From contig JAHFGO010000002.1 of NCBI GenBank assembly GCA_023247385.1, positions 5,220-37,532 on the forward strand: a DNA stretch of 32,313 nucleotides, in the 5' to 3' direction. The DNA is from Candidatus Omnitrophota bacterium. Its GTDB lineage: Bacteria > Omnitrophota > Gorgyraeia > 2-01-FULL-45-10. Below are positions 17,430-25,240 of this stretch, piece after piece. The stretch's first letter is position 1, and each line of letters opens with the position of its first letter. The position numbers and the translations under genes are program-made. Below the pieces are notes generated by a model. It searched no databases and was not told the DNA's origin. It worked only from the letters and a program-made list of their open reading frames with translations.

Positions 17430-18653
17430 TTATGCCTTCCTGAACACCAACGCGGTATTTTGCCCGCCAAAACCCGCTGACAATGACATGCATGTTTTAA
17501 TGTTTTTTTTGACCGCGTCATTCACCACATACTGCAAATCGCACTCCGGGTCAGGCTCTTCAAAATTTATGGTAGGAGGAATCATGCTATGCTCCATGGC
17601 TTTTACGCAGCTAATTGCCTCTATGGCGGAAGCTGCGCCAAGCATATGGCCTATCATAGATTTCATAGAGCTGATTTTAATTGCGTAGGCCTTTTCTCCA
17701 AACACACGTTTTATAGCCCTGGTCTCCATGCCATCATTGTATTGGGTGCCTGTGCCATGCGCGCAAATATAATCAACGGCATCAATCGTTCCTTCTATAT
17801 TAGATAAGGCATTGTTCATTGCCCGTGAGAGCCCCTCCCCATCCTTGTGAGGTCTTACCATGTGGAAGGCATCCGCGGAGGACCCAGCAGACGCTAATGT
17901 ACAATATATCTTGGCGCCGCGTTTATACGCGTGGTTCTTCTCTTCTAAAACCATTACGCCGGCCCCCTCGCTTAATGCAAGGCCCGTGCGTCTCTTATCA
18001 AACGGACGCACTTTTCCGTCAGTGGTAAGGGCGTTTAATGCGCTAAAACCTCGAAACACAAATTCACTTAATATGTCGGCGCCTCCGGCAAGCATCATGG
18101 CTGCCCTATTATTCCTGATTTGCGCGGTTGCGCTGCGAATCGCATCCGCACCGGAACAACATGCGGTAGTAATCGAAATGACTGGCCCACGCAAGGAAAA
18201 TCTTTTCTTAATAGAATCGGCAATAGCATGCAGGCAATGTTGTCTTAAAAGACCTGGATCTCCTTTTTTAGATAGAAAAAATTTTTCATTCATATATCGC
18301 TCGCCTGATTCAATGCCTGCTAGTATAGTTCCTACGGCAACACCCATCGATTGCAATAATGGCTGCTCAGCCCTTGCATCTTGTAATGCATGCTGACAGG
18401 CTAACGCAAAAAGTCTGGCGCATCGGTCATATTCTTTCTTCCAACAATCTTCCAAAAACGATTCAAAACCAACGATCTCCCCGCCAACATTACATTTATG
18501 CCCTCGCACATCGAATCCATGAATAGGCTTAATGGCATTAACACCATTGCATAACTTATCCCAAAAATCCTGCGTGCCCTTTCCGCACTCCAAAGGCGTC
18601 ACTACGCCAACCCCTGTAACCACTATTTCTTTCGTAGATAAATCTAAGCGCAT
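17430..18653 (-). CDS. Beta-ketoacyl-ACP synthase (FabF/FabB-like), catalytically complete
   Basis: Trimmed to the ATG at 18653 (MRLDLSTKEIVVTGVGVV...). 'ITTACCSGADAIRSA' (Cys), 'CAHGTGTQYND' (His), 'IGHMLGAASAIEA' (His), 'SAGFGGQNTALVF'. Confidence 0.9.
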   Translation of the reverse strand: MRLDLSTKEIVVTGVGVVTPLECGKGTQDFWDKLCNGVNAIKPIHGFDVRGHKCNVGGEIVGFESFLEDCWKKEYDRCARLFALACQHALQDARAEQPLLQSMGVAVGTILAGIESGERYMNEKFFLSKKGDPGLLRQHCLHAIADSIKKRFSLRGPVISITTACCSGADAIRSATAQIRNNRAAMMLAGGADILSEFVFRGFSALNALTTDGKVRPFDKRRTGLALSEGAGVMVLEEKNHAYKRGAKIYCTLASAGSSADAFHMVRPHKDGEGLSRAMNNALSNIEGTIDAVDYICAHGTGTQYNDGMETRAIKRVFGEKAYAIKISSMKSMIGHMLGAASAIEAISCVKAMEHSMIPPTINFEEPDPECDLQYVVNDAVKKNIKTCMSLSAGFGGQNTALVFRKA

Positions 18654-19735
18654 AGTAACACGTCTTCTTTTTCTCGTTTTTTCTTCCACCATGGGCGGTA
18701 TACTTTAAAATATAAAATTGAACCAACTTGGCGCAGCATTGATTTCTCAAAAGAAACATCCCCGAGGCATCTTTGACAATATGGCTCTTTTATGCGTAAT
18801 CTATCAAACCCACCGATGACATCTTGCACCTTTTTTTGAGTTAGCGCTTTCGTAATAGAGGTTTCTTTTATATTTCCAAAATTTGTACTACCATTGAAAT
18901 CTGCACAACAAAATACTATACTACCATTACTTAGAATACCAAAATGTGTCTTAAGTCCTTCACAATAACCAATATGCGCTCTTGTCATTTTTTTAGCAGA
19001 TAGACCATGATGAATCCAGTCGCCCAAAACCCTTGTCTCTAAGCTGAGCTTATTGGTAATGCTAAGCTTATTCCATCCCATAATGTGAAACGAGGATAAC
19101 TTCTTAATAAGCAACTCTTTTTTGGAACCTAGTTTCTTACAAAATGTATTCTCCTGCACTAATATAGCGATCTCATCAAGCCATTCTAAAAAAGATGCAA
19201 CTATTTCTTTTTTATTACGTATGATGCTATACCTTCTGCTCGGAAGGCTAAGAAATGGGATCGGTGTAGTTAAAAAGGAAAGTGTGGCTTTTGCGGAGCC
19301 ATGATCAATTATTTTAGCAATTAAAGAACAAATTCTTTTTTTATACGTAAAAAAATCAACGGGCACCTTGCGTAATTTAAAAGAATTTTCATTAGGAGTC
19401 TGCGCTGAAAATACAATATGGTCAATTCCTGCCTTTAATATTCTATCCAAAAGTTCTAATGACAAACCCCATCCGTTTGTTGTAAGCACTGCGTTAAGTC
19501 GTCTATGCTTGGTTTCTTTAATAATGTTTTCGAGGTCCGCATATAACGTGGGTTCACCCATAACATGAAAATAAATTGTGTCTGTAAGCCGCTCTTGCGC
19601 AATCTCGTCCAGGGCCCTGCGAACAAGATCGGGTTTCAAGTCTTGCGGTGGACGCAACATCAGCGTATTTGGACAAAACACGCATGAAAAATTGCACCGA
19701 TTGGTAAGCTCGATATGAATTCTTTGAAACGTCAT
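18644..19735 (-). CDS. Radical SAM enzyme (fourth in the cluster), C-terminal Cys-rich extension
   Basis: Trimmed to the ATG at 19735 (MTFQRIHIELTNRCNFSCVFCPN = CxxxCxxC), preceded by AAAGG. C-terminal 'IVFCCADF...PYCQRCLG' suggests a partial SPASM/twitch-type auxiliary cluster. Confidence 0.85.
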   Translation of the reverse strand: MTFQRIHIELTNRCNFSCVFCPNTLMLRPPQDLKPDLVRRALDEIAQERLTDTIYFHVMGEPTLYADLENIIKETKHRRLNAVLTTNGWGLSLELLDRILKAGIDHIVFSAQTPNENSFKLRKVPVDFFTYKKRICSLIAKIIDHGSAKATLSFLTTPIPFLSLPSRRYSIIRNKKEIVASFLEWLDEIAILVQENTFCKKLGSKKELLIKKLSSFHIMGWNKLSITNKLSLETRVLGDWIHHGLSAKKMTRAHIGYCEGLKTHFGILSNGSIVFCCADFNGSTNFGNIKETSITKALTQKKVQDVIGGFDRLRIKEPYCQRCLGDVSFEKSMLRQVGSILYFKVYRPWWKKKREKEDVLLCA

Positions 19736-19748
19736 AGAACGCCTTTCT

Positions 19749-20414
19749 CTACGCAATTTTACCATCTAGGACTTGCATTTGCCGGTCATGATATTCTGTG
19801 GAGATGTTTTCATGGGTAACCATGACTACCGTTACATTGTGCTGCCGGTTCACACGACGTAATAATTGCAGGATATTTTCAGCATTGCGGGAGTCAAGGC
19901 TCCCGGTTGGCTCATCCGCAAAAATCACTGACGGACCGGCCACTAAGGCCCTGGCCACCGCTACCCTCTGGCGCTGTCCCATTGATAAAACTTTGACCGA
20001 TGCCTTAACTCTATCCGTTAATCCTACATCGTTTATAATTTCTCTTGCGCGAAGAAGGCTCTCCTTACGGCTTAACGGTATTTCCATTAATGGTAACATT
20101 ACATTTTCTAGAACATTGAGATTCTGCCAAAGATAAAAAGCCTGAAAAATAAACCCCATATTTTTAACTCGAAAACCTCTTTGACGACAAACCGCGTGAA
20201 TAGATTTTCCATTAAAAAAAACCGTCCCATTGGTTGGTGAATCCAACCCGCCGAGCAAGTGCAACAATGTGGATTTACCACTGCCACTTGGGCCACGAAT
20301 AGCCAATATCTCCCCTGAGTAAACCTGCAAAGAAAGGTTGTTCACTGCTTTAACCTGGCCGTCCTTATAAAATTTGGAAATGTTTTTTGCTTCTAGTAAT
20401 ATTGATTTATTCAT
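19749..20414 (-). CDS. ABC transporter ATP-binding protein (MacB/LolD-type)
   Basis: Trimmed to the ATG at 20414 (MNKSILLEAKN...), giving an ATGAATAA overlap with the permease stop. Walker A 'GPSGSGKST', signature 'LSMGQRQR', Walker B 'IFADEPT', H-loop 'VTHE'. Confidence 0.9.
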   Translation of the reverse strand: MNKSILLEAKNISKFYKDGQVKAVNNLSLQVYSGEILAIRGPSGSGKSTLLHLLGGLDSPTNGTVFFNGKSIHAVCRQRGFRVKNMGFIFQAFYLWQNLNVLENVMLPLMEIPLSRKESLLRAREIINDVGLTDRVKASVKVLSMGQRQRVAVARALVAGPSVIFADEPTGSLDSRNAENILQLLRRVNRQHNVTVVMVTHENISTEYHDRQMQVLDGKIA

Positions 20415-21537
20415 AGCGCAGCACATCGATCGGTTCAATAGAAACCGCCTTGACCGCAGGATAGACTCCTGCAAAAACACCTACCAATACGGAAAGCCCT
20501 AATGATTTAACTATAAAAAGATCGTCAGGCATCATAGATATAAAACCTTGGACTGCTGGAGCGGTAATTAATGACCTTGTCATAGTACAACCCAATATAA
20601 CCCCAATGATGCCGCCCAACAATCCGTATATAGCCGATTCGAAAAGAACGAGCGTAATAATGCGGTACTTACGCCAACCAATAGCCAGAAGGATGCCAAT
20701 TTCTTTTTTCCGTTCCAAAACAGCCGTAGACATAGTGTTAATGATCCCCATAACAACTATAATAAATACCACGATGGAAATTGCCCAGGTAAAACTAAAA
20801 ACTATAGCAAATGGAGTAGAGACAAAATCTCGCACATCCTTAACCTCCAAATCGCTGAATTCAGAATTAATTTTATCCTGTACTTGCTGCGAAATAGCCT
20901 GTCGTTGCTCAAGGCTCATTTTTAATGAATCGTTGCAGTCCAGTCTTACATTAATGGCGGTAATCTTGCCGGGCGTCTTTTTAATCCTCTGCAGGGTGTT
21001 CAAAGGCACGATAATACCGCTTTCTTCCAGCATGTTCATGCTTTGAAAAACCCCGCAAATACGAAATTTCTCACCTCTTATATTGATTTCATCTCCTTGA
21101 AACTTATTCAACCTTTTGGCAGCTACTGCGCCAACTAAGGCATCGTAATCATTCCGTAAAGCAGAACCGACTATTTTAAACTCTTCAAAATGATAGCTGT
21201 CAGTTTCCCATCCATATAGAAGAAAGTATTGTTTAAATTTTACTGCATAAAAATAAAACAAAATCGGGGCTGCTTGCTTTACATGTGGTATGCGTTTTAA
21301 TGATTCTATGTAAGACTGATCTATGGTGCTGGAAAAGATATCTAAAGTAGCCTTTTCCATTACCACCAGATCCGTTCCTCTGGCTTTATAGGTGGATTGC
21401 AGTGACTTTTCCAGATTATCAGTGAGGCCGCTCAAAGAAACAAAAGCAGCTATGCTTATCCCTACACCTAGTATGGTAAGTCCGCTACGTACTTTTTGAT
21501 GCCAAAGATTCTTGCAGACAATTGTAAGTAAACTCAC
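20407..21537 (-). CDS. ABC transporter permease, FtsX/MacB-LolCE type
   Basis: 376 aa. TM1 ('GLTILGVGISIAAFVSL'), then a ~230-aa extracytoplasmic domain, then a C-terminal three-TM FtsX-type bundle ('LLAIGWRKYRIITLVLFESAIYGLLGGIIG'). Confidence 0.85.
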   Translation of the reverse strand: MSLLTIVCKNLWHQKVRSGLTILGVGISIAAFVSLSGLTDNLEKSLQSTYKARGTDLVVMEKATLDIFSSTIDQSYIESLKRIPHVKQAAPILFYFYAVKFKQYFLLYGWETDSYHFEEFKIVGSALRNDYDALVGAVAAKRLNKFQGDEINIRGEKFRICGVFQSMNMLEESGIIVPLNTLQRIKKTPGKITAINVRLDCNDSLKMSLEQRQAISQQVQDKINSEFSDLEVKDVRDFVSTPFAIVFSFTWAISIVVFIIVVMGIINTMSTAVLERKKEIGILLAIGWRKYRIITLVLFESAIYGLLGGIIGVILGCTMTRSLITAPAVQGFISMMPDDLFIVKSLGLSVLVGVFAGVYPAVKAVSIEPIDVLRYE

Positions 21538-21560
21538 AATCTCCCCACATGATTTCTGCC

Positions 21561-22223
21561 TTAATTTTTGGTTTCTATAATTTTTTTAAAGTCTGCTGAA
21601 GTGAATATCTCTAAAGCTGAATCTTGAATAGTTTTTGCCAACCAGCTTTTTAGATCTTCAGTAGAGTCAAATATTCCTCCACTCATTCCAGCACGCTCAT
21701 TTCTAATTAACGTGGACCTCCACATCGAATTGTTGGTTGTTGGATCAATTAACTCTATAGATATATTGACCACCACTCCTCTGTTCATTAAAGTCTCGAC
21801 TATCAAACCATTAATTACTCCAACTAGAATCGGCCGTTTGGAATTTTTAATATTTTCAATAACCCACCCATCCCCTTTTTTTCGAGCAACTAAGTCATCC
21901 GGCTTTCTATCGGCAATAATAGCTGATGCCCTAGCAGCATTAATTACTTGCTCTCTTACAAATTCATCTGCGCCTCTACTGTCGCGAATTCTGGTCCATG
22001 GGTTCCCATATCCACCGCGTATGGTTCCAAGTATTGTAGTATCAACATTACTGCCTTTCCTTAAATCTAGAAATGGCCCGACATAAATTTTTCCTATAGC
22101 ATTTTCTTCTCTTACCTGAGAAATGTTTTCAAGCCGCGCAGTAGGTATACTTGCACAACCTGCAAGAAATGTTAAAGCGAGAATTAACACTAGTCCATTT
22201 TTAAAATTACTTAAAATCTTCAT
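21561..22223 (-). CDS. Lipoprotein of unknown function
   Basis: 220 aa. Signal peptide with lipobox 'LTFLAG|C'. No recognisable catalytic motif. Loose architectural resemblance to the 23209..23835 lipoprotein. Confidence 0.6.
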   Translation of the reverse strand: MKILSNFKNGLVLILALTFLAGCASIPTARLENISQVREENAIGKIYVGPFLDLRKGSNVDTTILGTIRGGYGNPWTRIRDSRGADEFVREQVINAARASAIIADRKPDDLVARKKGDGWVIENIKNSKRPILVGVINGLIVETLMNRGVVVNISIELIDPTTNNSMWRSTLIRNERAGMSGGIFDSTEDLKSWLAKTIQDSALEIFTSADFKKIIETKN

Positions 22224-22272
22224 ATCTCCTCCTCTTTAATGTTTCGTGATGTCCTATAACAAATTTTTATCT

Positions 22273-22992
22273 TTAAGCCAGCTCGATCTTAGCGCGCACT
22301 GAATCCCGTAGTTTTTCAAAATCGTCTAGCCCGAGCCCAGCTGTGTTAATAGGTTCTAATATCTTCATGCGTACTGGCACCTTGGTGGTAAATAGCCAAG
22401 TGCCCCTCGGGATTGCGGCGCTAGTACCTTTTATCGATATGGGCAGGATCGGGACTTGTTCTTTTATCGCTAATTTGAACGCGCCATTCTGAAACTCTTT
22501 CATCCCATCAGCATTACCACGTGTGCCTTCTGGAAAAATTGATACTGACATACCACGCCTCAGCCAAGCTGCGGCCTCTTGGTATGCTTTTTTTATGCTC
22601 TCAAACTTTCCTTTTCTAAGTTTAATATGCTTGGCTAGGCACATAGCCCAACCAACAATAGGTAATCTAAATAAGTGCTCGTTAGCAATCCATTTAAACT
22701 GCATATTCGTCTGATACAGTAATATAATATCGGTAAGGCTTTGGTGATTTGCCACTATGACATAGGTCTTGGTCTTGTTTATATTTTTAAGGCCACTTAT
22801 CTCGATATCCCAATAAGGATTCAGCGCGATAAGTAAATCCGACCACAGAAAAGAGTGGGCATGGGCAATCTTTCTCATTTTATCAAACGGATATAGGATG
22901 GCGGTAAAAAAAAGAATCGAAAAAAAGAAAAGCACAGTTAAGACAGAGCCGACGACCCATATTATACAAGATATCAATATCTTTTTGAACAT
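22273..22992 (-). CDS. plsC: 1-acyl-sn-glycerol-3-phosphate acyltransferase family (PlsC-like)
   Basis: 'VANHQSLTDI' (H-x4-D) and 'FPEGTRG' motifs, with an N-terminal TM helix. The start is uncertain: GTG 23040, ATG 23022 or ATG 22992. I list ATG 22992 (MFKKILIS...). Confidence 0.75.
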   Translation of the reverse strand: MFKKILISCIIWVVGSVLTVLFFFSILFFTAILYPFDKMRKIAHAHSFLWSDLLIALNPYWDIEISGLKNINKTKTYVIVANHQSLTDIILLYQTNMQFKWIANEHLFRLPIVGWAMCLAKHIKLRKGKFESIKKAYQEAAAWLRRGMSVSIFPEGTRGNADGMKEFQNGAFKLAIKEQVPILPISIKGTSAAIPRGTWLFTTKVPVRMKILEPINTAGLGLDDFEKLRDSVRAKIELA

Positions 22993-23208
22993 TACGTATA
23001 ATATACCATTTATTGTCAACATATTACCATATAAAAACACTCGTCGATATGCGAAAATCAGTTAAAATTGAATATGGTCCTCCTATAATAAGGGTAGGTA
23101 TTTTAGGAGTATCAACCCCTTATAAAGAAAGGAAGACCGATGAGAAGTTTAGCACTAAGAAGGAGAAAATCCGCCTTTTTCCAACCAGGTTAGAATTATG
23201 ATACGGCT

Positions 23209-23835
23209 TTATTTCTTAATCTCCGATAGAAGATGTTTAAATTCTCCGTCGCGGAATAGTTCGTCTACGCTCGCCTGCATACTATCTTCGATCAATTTTT
23301 CACAACCGAACTGTCCAGTCATGCCTATCCAGTTCTCAGCGTGTCCTGAATAGGTCCTGTTGAAAATGTTCTTCCCATCTCTATCGAAAATTTTGACATA
23401 GAAAGAAGTGGTCCCCGTGCCCTTTTCCATAATAGCGTCGAAGGACGCTACCAGAAAATTGTCTACGCCTCCCGATAGAAAGGCATTGCCGTTATTCGAC
23501 TTCAATATCTCCGCCATCTCACCTTTATCCATCCTATTCGAAAGATTCGCTTTCTGCACATTGAATCCCTCGTTTCTCAGCCTTGACGCGATCCTGTTTG
23601 TGAGAACAATATTTATCGCTGTCTGGGATTTAAGCTGCAAGGCGCCAACCTGCCCAATCTTGACTTTATCCGCCCGATTGTCTACCAGGTCCGCTAATAT
23701 AATTTTCGGTGCGCCTTGTATCGTCGGCAGATTATAGACATTACCTGTGTCTGTTATCTTTGCCGAATACGCGCAGCTTGACAACATAATCACAAGCAAA
23801 CCCAAAATACCAAATAAACCAAATTTTCTCATCAC
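23209..23835 (-). CDS. Lipoprotein of unknown function
   Basis: 208 aa. Signal peptide with lipobox 'IMLSS|C'. Lies immediately downstream (19 nt) of the beta-barrel gene. Confidence 0.6.
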   Translation of the reverse strand: MMRKFGLFGILGLLVIMLSSCAYSAKITDTGNVYNLPTIQGAPKIILADLVDNRADKVKIGQVGALQLKSQTAINIVLTNRIASRLRNEGFNVQKANLSNRMDKGEMAEILKSNNGNAFLSGGVDNFLVASFDAIMEKGTGTTSFYVKIFDRDGKNIFNRTYSGHAENWIGMTGQFGCEKLIEDSMQASVDELFRDGEFKHLLSEIKK

Positions 23836-23854
23836 CTTTTCTGTTCTTTAAATA

Positions 23855-24646
23855 CTAAAATAAATATTTAACCGCTATATTGCCGCCGTAAGTATACAGA
23901 TCGTTATCCGGCCAGACCAGATTACCCGACGTGCCGCCTTCGAGGTGTTGAAACGTGAAGAATCCTCCGAGGCTTAAAGCCAGATTTTCGCTATATTTGT
24001 AATTGACATTCGTTTCAGTCCTGATGGTATACCCGCCGTCGCCGTTCACATCGCCCAGCACGCTATTGTGCGCTGAATTGTAGACGACGAACCCGAACAT
24101 GCTCTTCAGATCAACCTTTAACTTGTCGCTTACGTTATAGACCAGTTTTCCTCCAAGGTCCAGATGGTGAACCCAATAGTCCTCGTCGACGATGGCGGTG
24201 CTGGTGATCTTGCTTAAGACAATGAAATTGGTTCTGGTAAATCTCGTGAAGTTGAAGCCGTATCCGCCCAATAAGGCAAAAGGCATCTTGTCAACGATTA
24301 TGGGCATCGCGTAGCCTAATTCGATGTTGCCCTCCATCCCCCAGAATTTCATATCGTCGGTCTGATACTTTACGCTCGACACGTCCCACTGCTCCTCGGC
24401 GGAGGCTGTAACCGGTATGCCAAGGTCCACCCTTCCGACCAGGCCCTTCTCCTTAAAATAATTCGCGCTGATAAGGCCTTCGTAGTAAAAGGCGTTCCAC
24501 TTGCTGTCTATCGTGCTGTATTCCTCGTGATAGTGCGTCCCGCCGATCTTGTTCTCGAATGCTATGTCCCAATCCGCCGCGCGCGCTATATACGGAGATA
24601 AAACTACCATCGCTAAAGCCACAACCGCCAGCTTTATCACTTTCAT
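23855..24646 (-). CDS. Outer-membrane beta-barrel protein (small porin/OMP-like)
   Basis: Trimmed to the ATG at 24646 (MKVIKLAVVALAMVVLSPYIARA|AD), with an AGAGGTG RBS about 6 nt upstream. Alternating hydrophobic/aromatic-rich strands throughout. C-terminal '...IAVKYLF' ends in Phe, as in typical OMP beta-signals. The 22-codon extension in the ORF track is just the translation of a terminator hairpin. Confidence 0.7.
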   Translation of the reverse strand: MKVIKLAVVALAMVVLSPYIARAADWDIAFENKIGGTHYHEEYSTIDSKWNAFYYEGLISANYFKEKGLVGRVDLGIPVTASAEEQWDVSSVKYQTDDMKFWGMEGNIELGYAMPIIVDKMPFALLGGYGFNFTRFTRTNFIVLSKITSTAIVDEDYWVHHLDLGGKLVYNVSDKLKVDLKSMFGFVVYNSAHNSVLGDVNGDGGYTIRTETNVNYKYSENLALSLGGFFTFQHLEGGTSGNLVWPDNDLYTYGGNIAVKYLF

Positions 24647-24660
24647 ACACACCTCTGCTT

Positions 24661-24678
24661 TCTCTATGATCTCTATGA
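24661..24678 (-). repeat. Tandem 9-bp direct repeat (TCTCTATGA x2) between terminator and RBS
   Basis: Read directly: tctctatga tctctatga at 24661-24678. On the minus strand this is UCAUAGAGA x2, immediately upstream of the Shine-Dalgarno of the first operon gene. Confidence 0.8.
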
Positions 24679-24679
24679 C

Positions 24680-24706
24680 AAAAAAATGGCGCAAAACTTT
24701 TGCGCC
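24680..24706 (-). terminator. Canonical Rho-independent terminator in the operon leader
   Basis: Minus-strand RNA reads GGCGCAAAAGUUUUGCGCC (perfect 19-nt palindrome, 24688-24706), then A UUUUUUU (24680-24686). It ends 33 nt upstream of the OMP start codon. Confidence 0.7.
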
Positions 24707-24818
24707 CTTCATCCATTATAAGAAGTAATTTTCATTTCTTATGCTTAAGTATATACCCCACCCAGCAACAATGTAAACATTTTTTCACCCGCATGTTTTA
24801 TATGCGGCAATCATGAGA

Positions 24819-24847
24819 AGTTTACCACACATTTGATTTTTTGTCAA
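24819..24847 (-). promoter_or_regulatory. Sigma70-like promoter candidate for the lipid operon
   Basis: Minus strand: TTGACA (rc of 24842-24847), 17 nt, TAAACT (rc of 24819-24824), with a TGg extended -10 immediately upstream. Located in an AT-rich intergenic region. Would give a ~165-nt leader. Confidence 0.4.
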
Positions 24848-24880
24848 ATAAATTTTTTATCCTTGTAAATTTTATGGGTG

Positions 24881-25069
24881 TTATACAAAAATCTTCTCTT
24901 CGAGTTTGGTGATGCGCTTTTCATGATTGTCTAAGTTTTTATCTAGCTTCTCCTCAACTGTTTTTAGTCTCGTGTCGATATTTTTTACATCGTTTTGAAG
25001 AGTCTTTACATCGCCGCTTTGTTTAATTAGGGATTTAATTAGGGACAGACACCTATTTATTAGAATTAT
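24881..25069 (-). pseudogene. Start-less 62-codon coiled-coil ORF remnant
   Basis: Open frame IILINRCLSLIKSLIKQSGDVKTLQNDVKNIDTRLKTVEEKLDKNLDNHEKRITKLEEKIFV* with clear heptad character. It has no in-frame ATG/GTG/TTG. It contains an in-frame 12-bp tandem duplication. Confidence 0.3.
25022..25045. repeat. Perfect tandem 12-bp duplication (TTTAATTAGGGA x2)
   Basis: Read directly at 25022-25033 and 25034-25045. Encodes SLIK-SLIK in the minus-strand remnant ORF. Confidence 0.85.
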
Positions 25070-25240
25070 TTACTTGTTAATCCCCGTTTTTTTAGCGACA
25101 GTGACCTCAAACAGCGTGGTTAATTAACTTTCAGGCGATCTTGACCGTTTTTGCTGGTGAGCCAAAATATTTCATCGCCAGGATGCGTTAGGATCGACGA
25201 TCCGCCTGAAAAATAGTATAATACCCAAAGGAGGTCACCA

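Noticed and set aside
23041-23208. 168-nt gap upstream of the PlsC-like gene: possible internal promoter (TTGATA...TATTAT on the minus strand), an orphan AGGAGG, and a weak A/U hairpin after the lipoprotein gene
   Set aside because: The spacer lengths are suboptimal (18-19 nt). The AGGAGG is about 40 nt from any start codon. The hairpin (GGAGAAAA/TTTTTCC) is weak and bulged. The evidence is insufficient to annotate a feature. The plus-strand ORF 23013-23201 has no support.
24647-24716. N-terminal 22-codon extension of the OMP ORF (to 24712) and the overlapping 87-aa ORF 24453-24716
   Set aside because: The extension (MKGAKVLRHFFV...) is simply the translation of the terminator palindrome and its T-run. 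A signal peptide and a good RBS start at 24646. The 87-aa ORF is out of frame within the OMP gene and has no motif.
24647-24818. Cobalamin (B12) riboswitch in the operon leader, suggested by the B12-dependent radical SAM genes and a 'GGGUGAAAAAAU' stretch
   Set aside because: I found no B12-box (GCCACUG-like) and none of the other conserved cobalamin-riboswitch elements by eye. I keep it only as an unclassified leader plus terminator; Infernal is needed.
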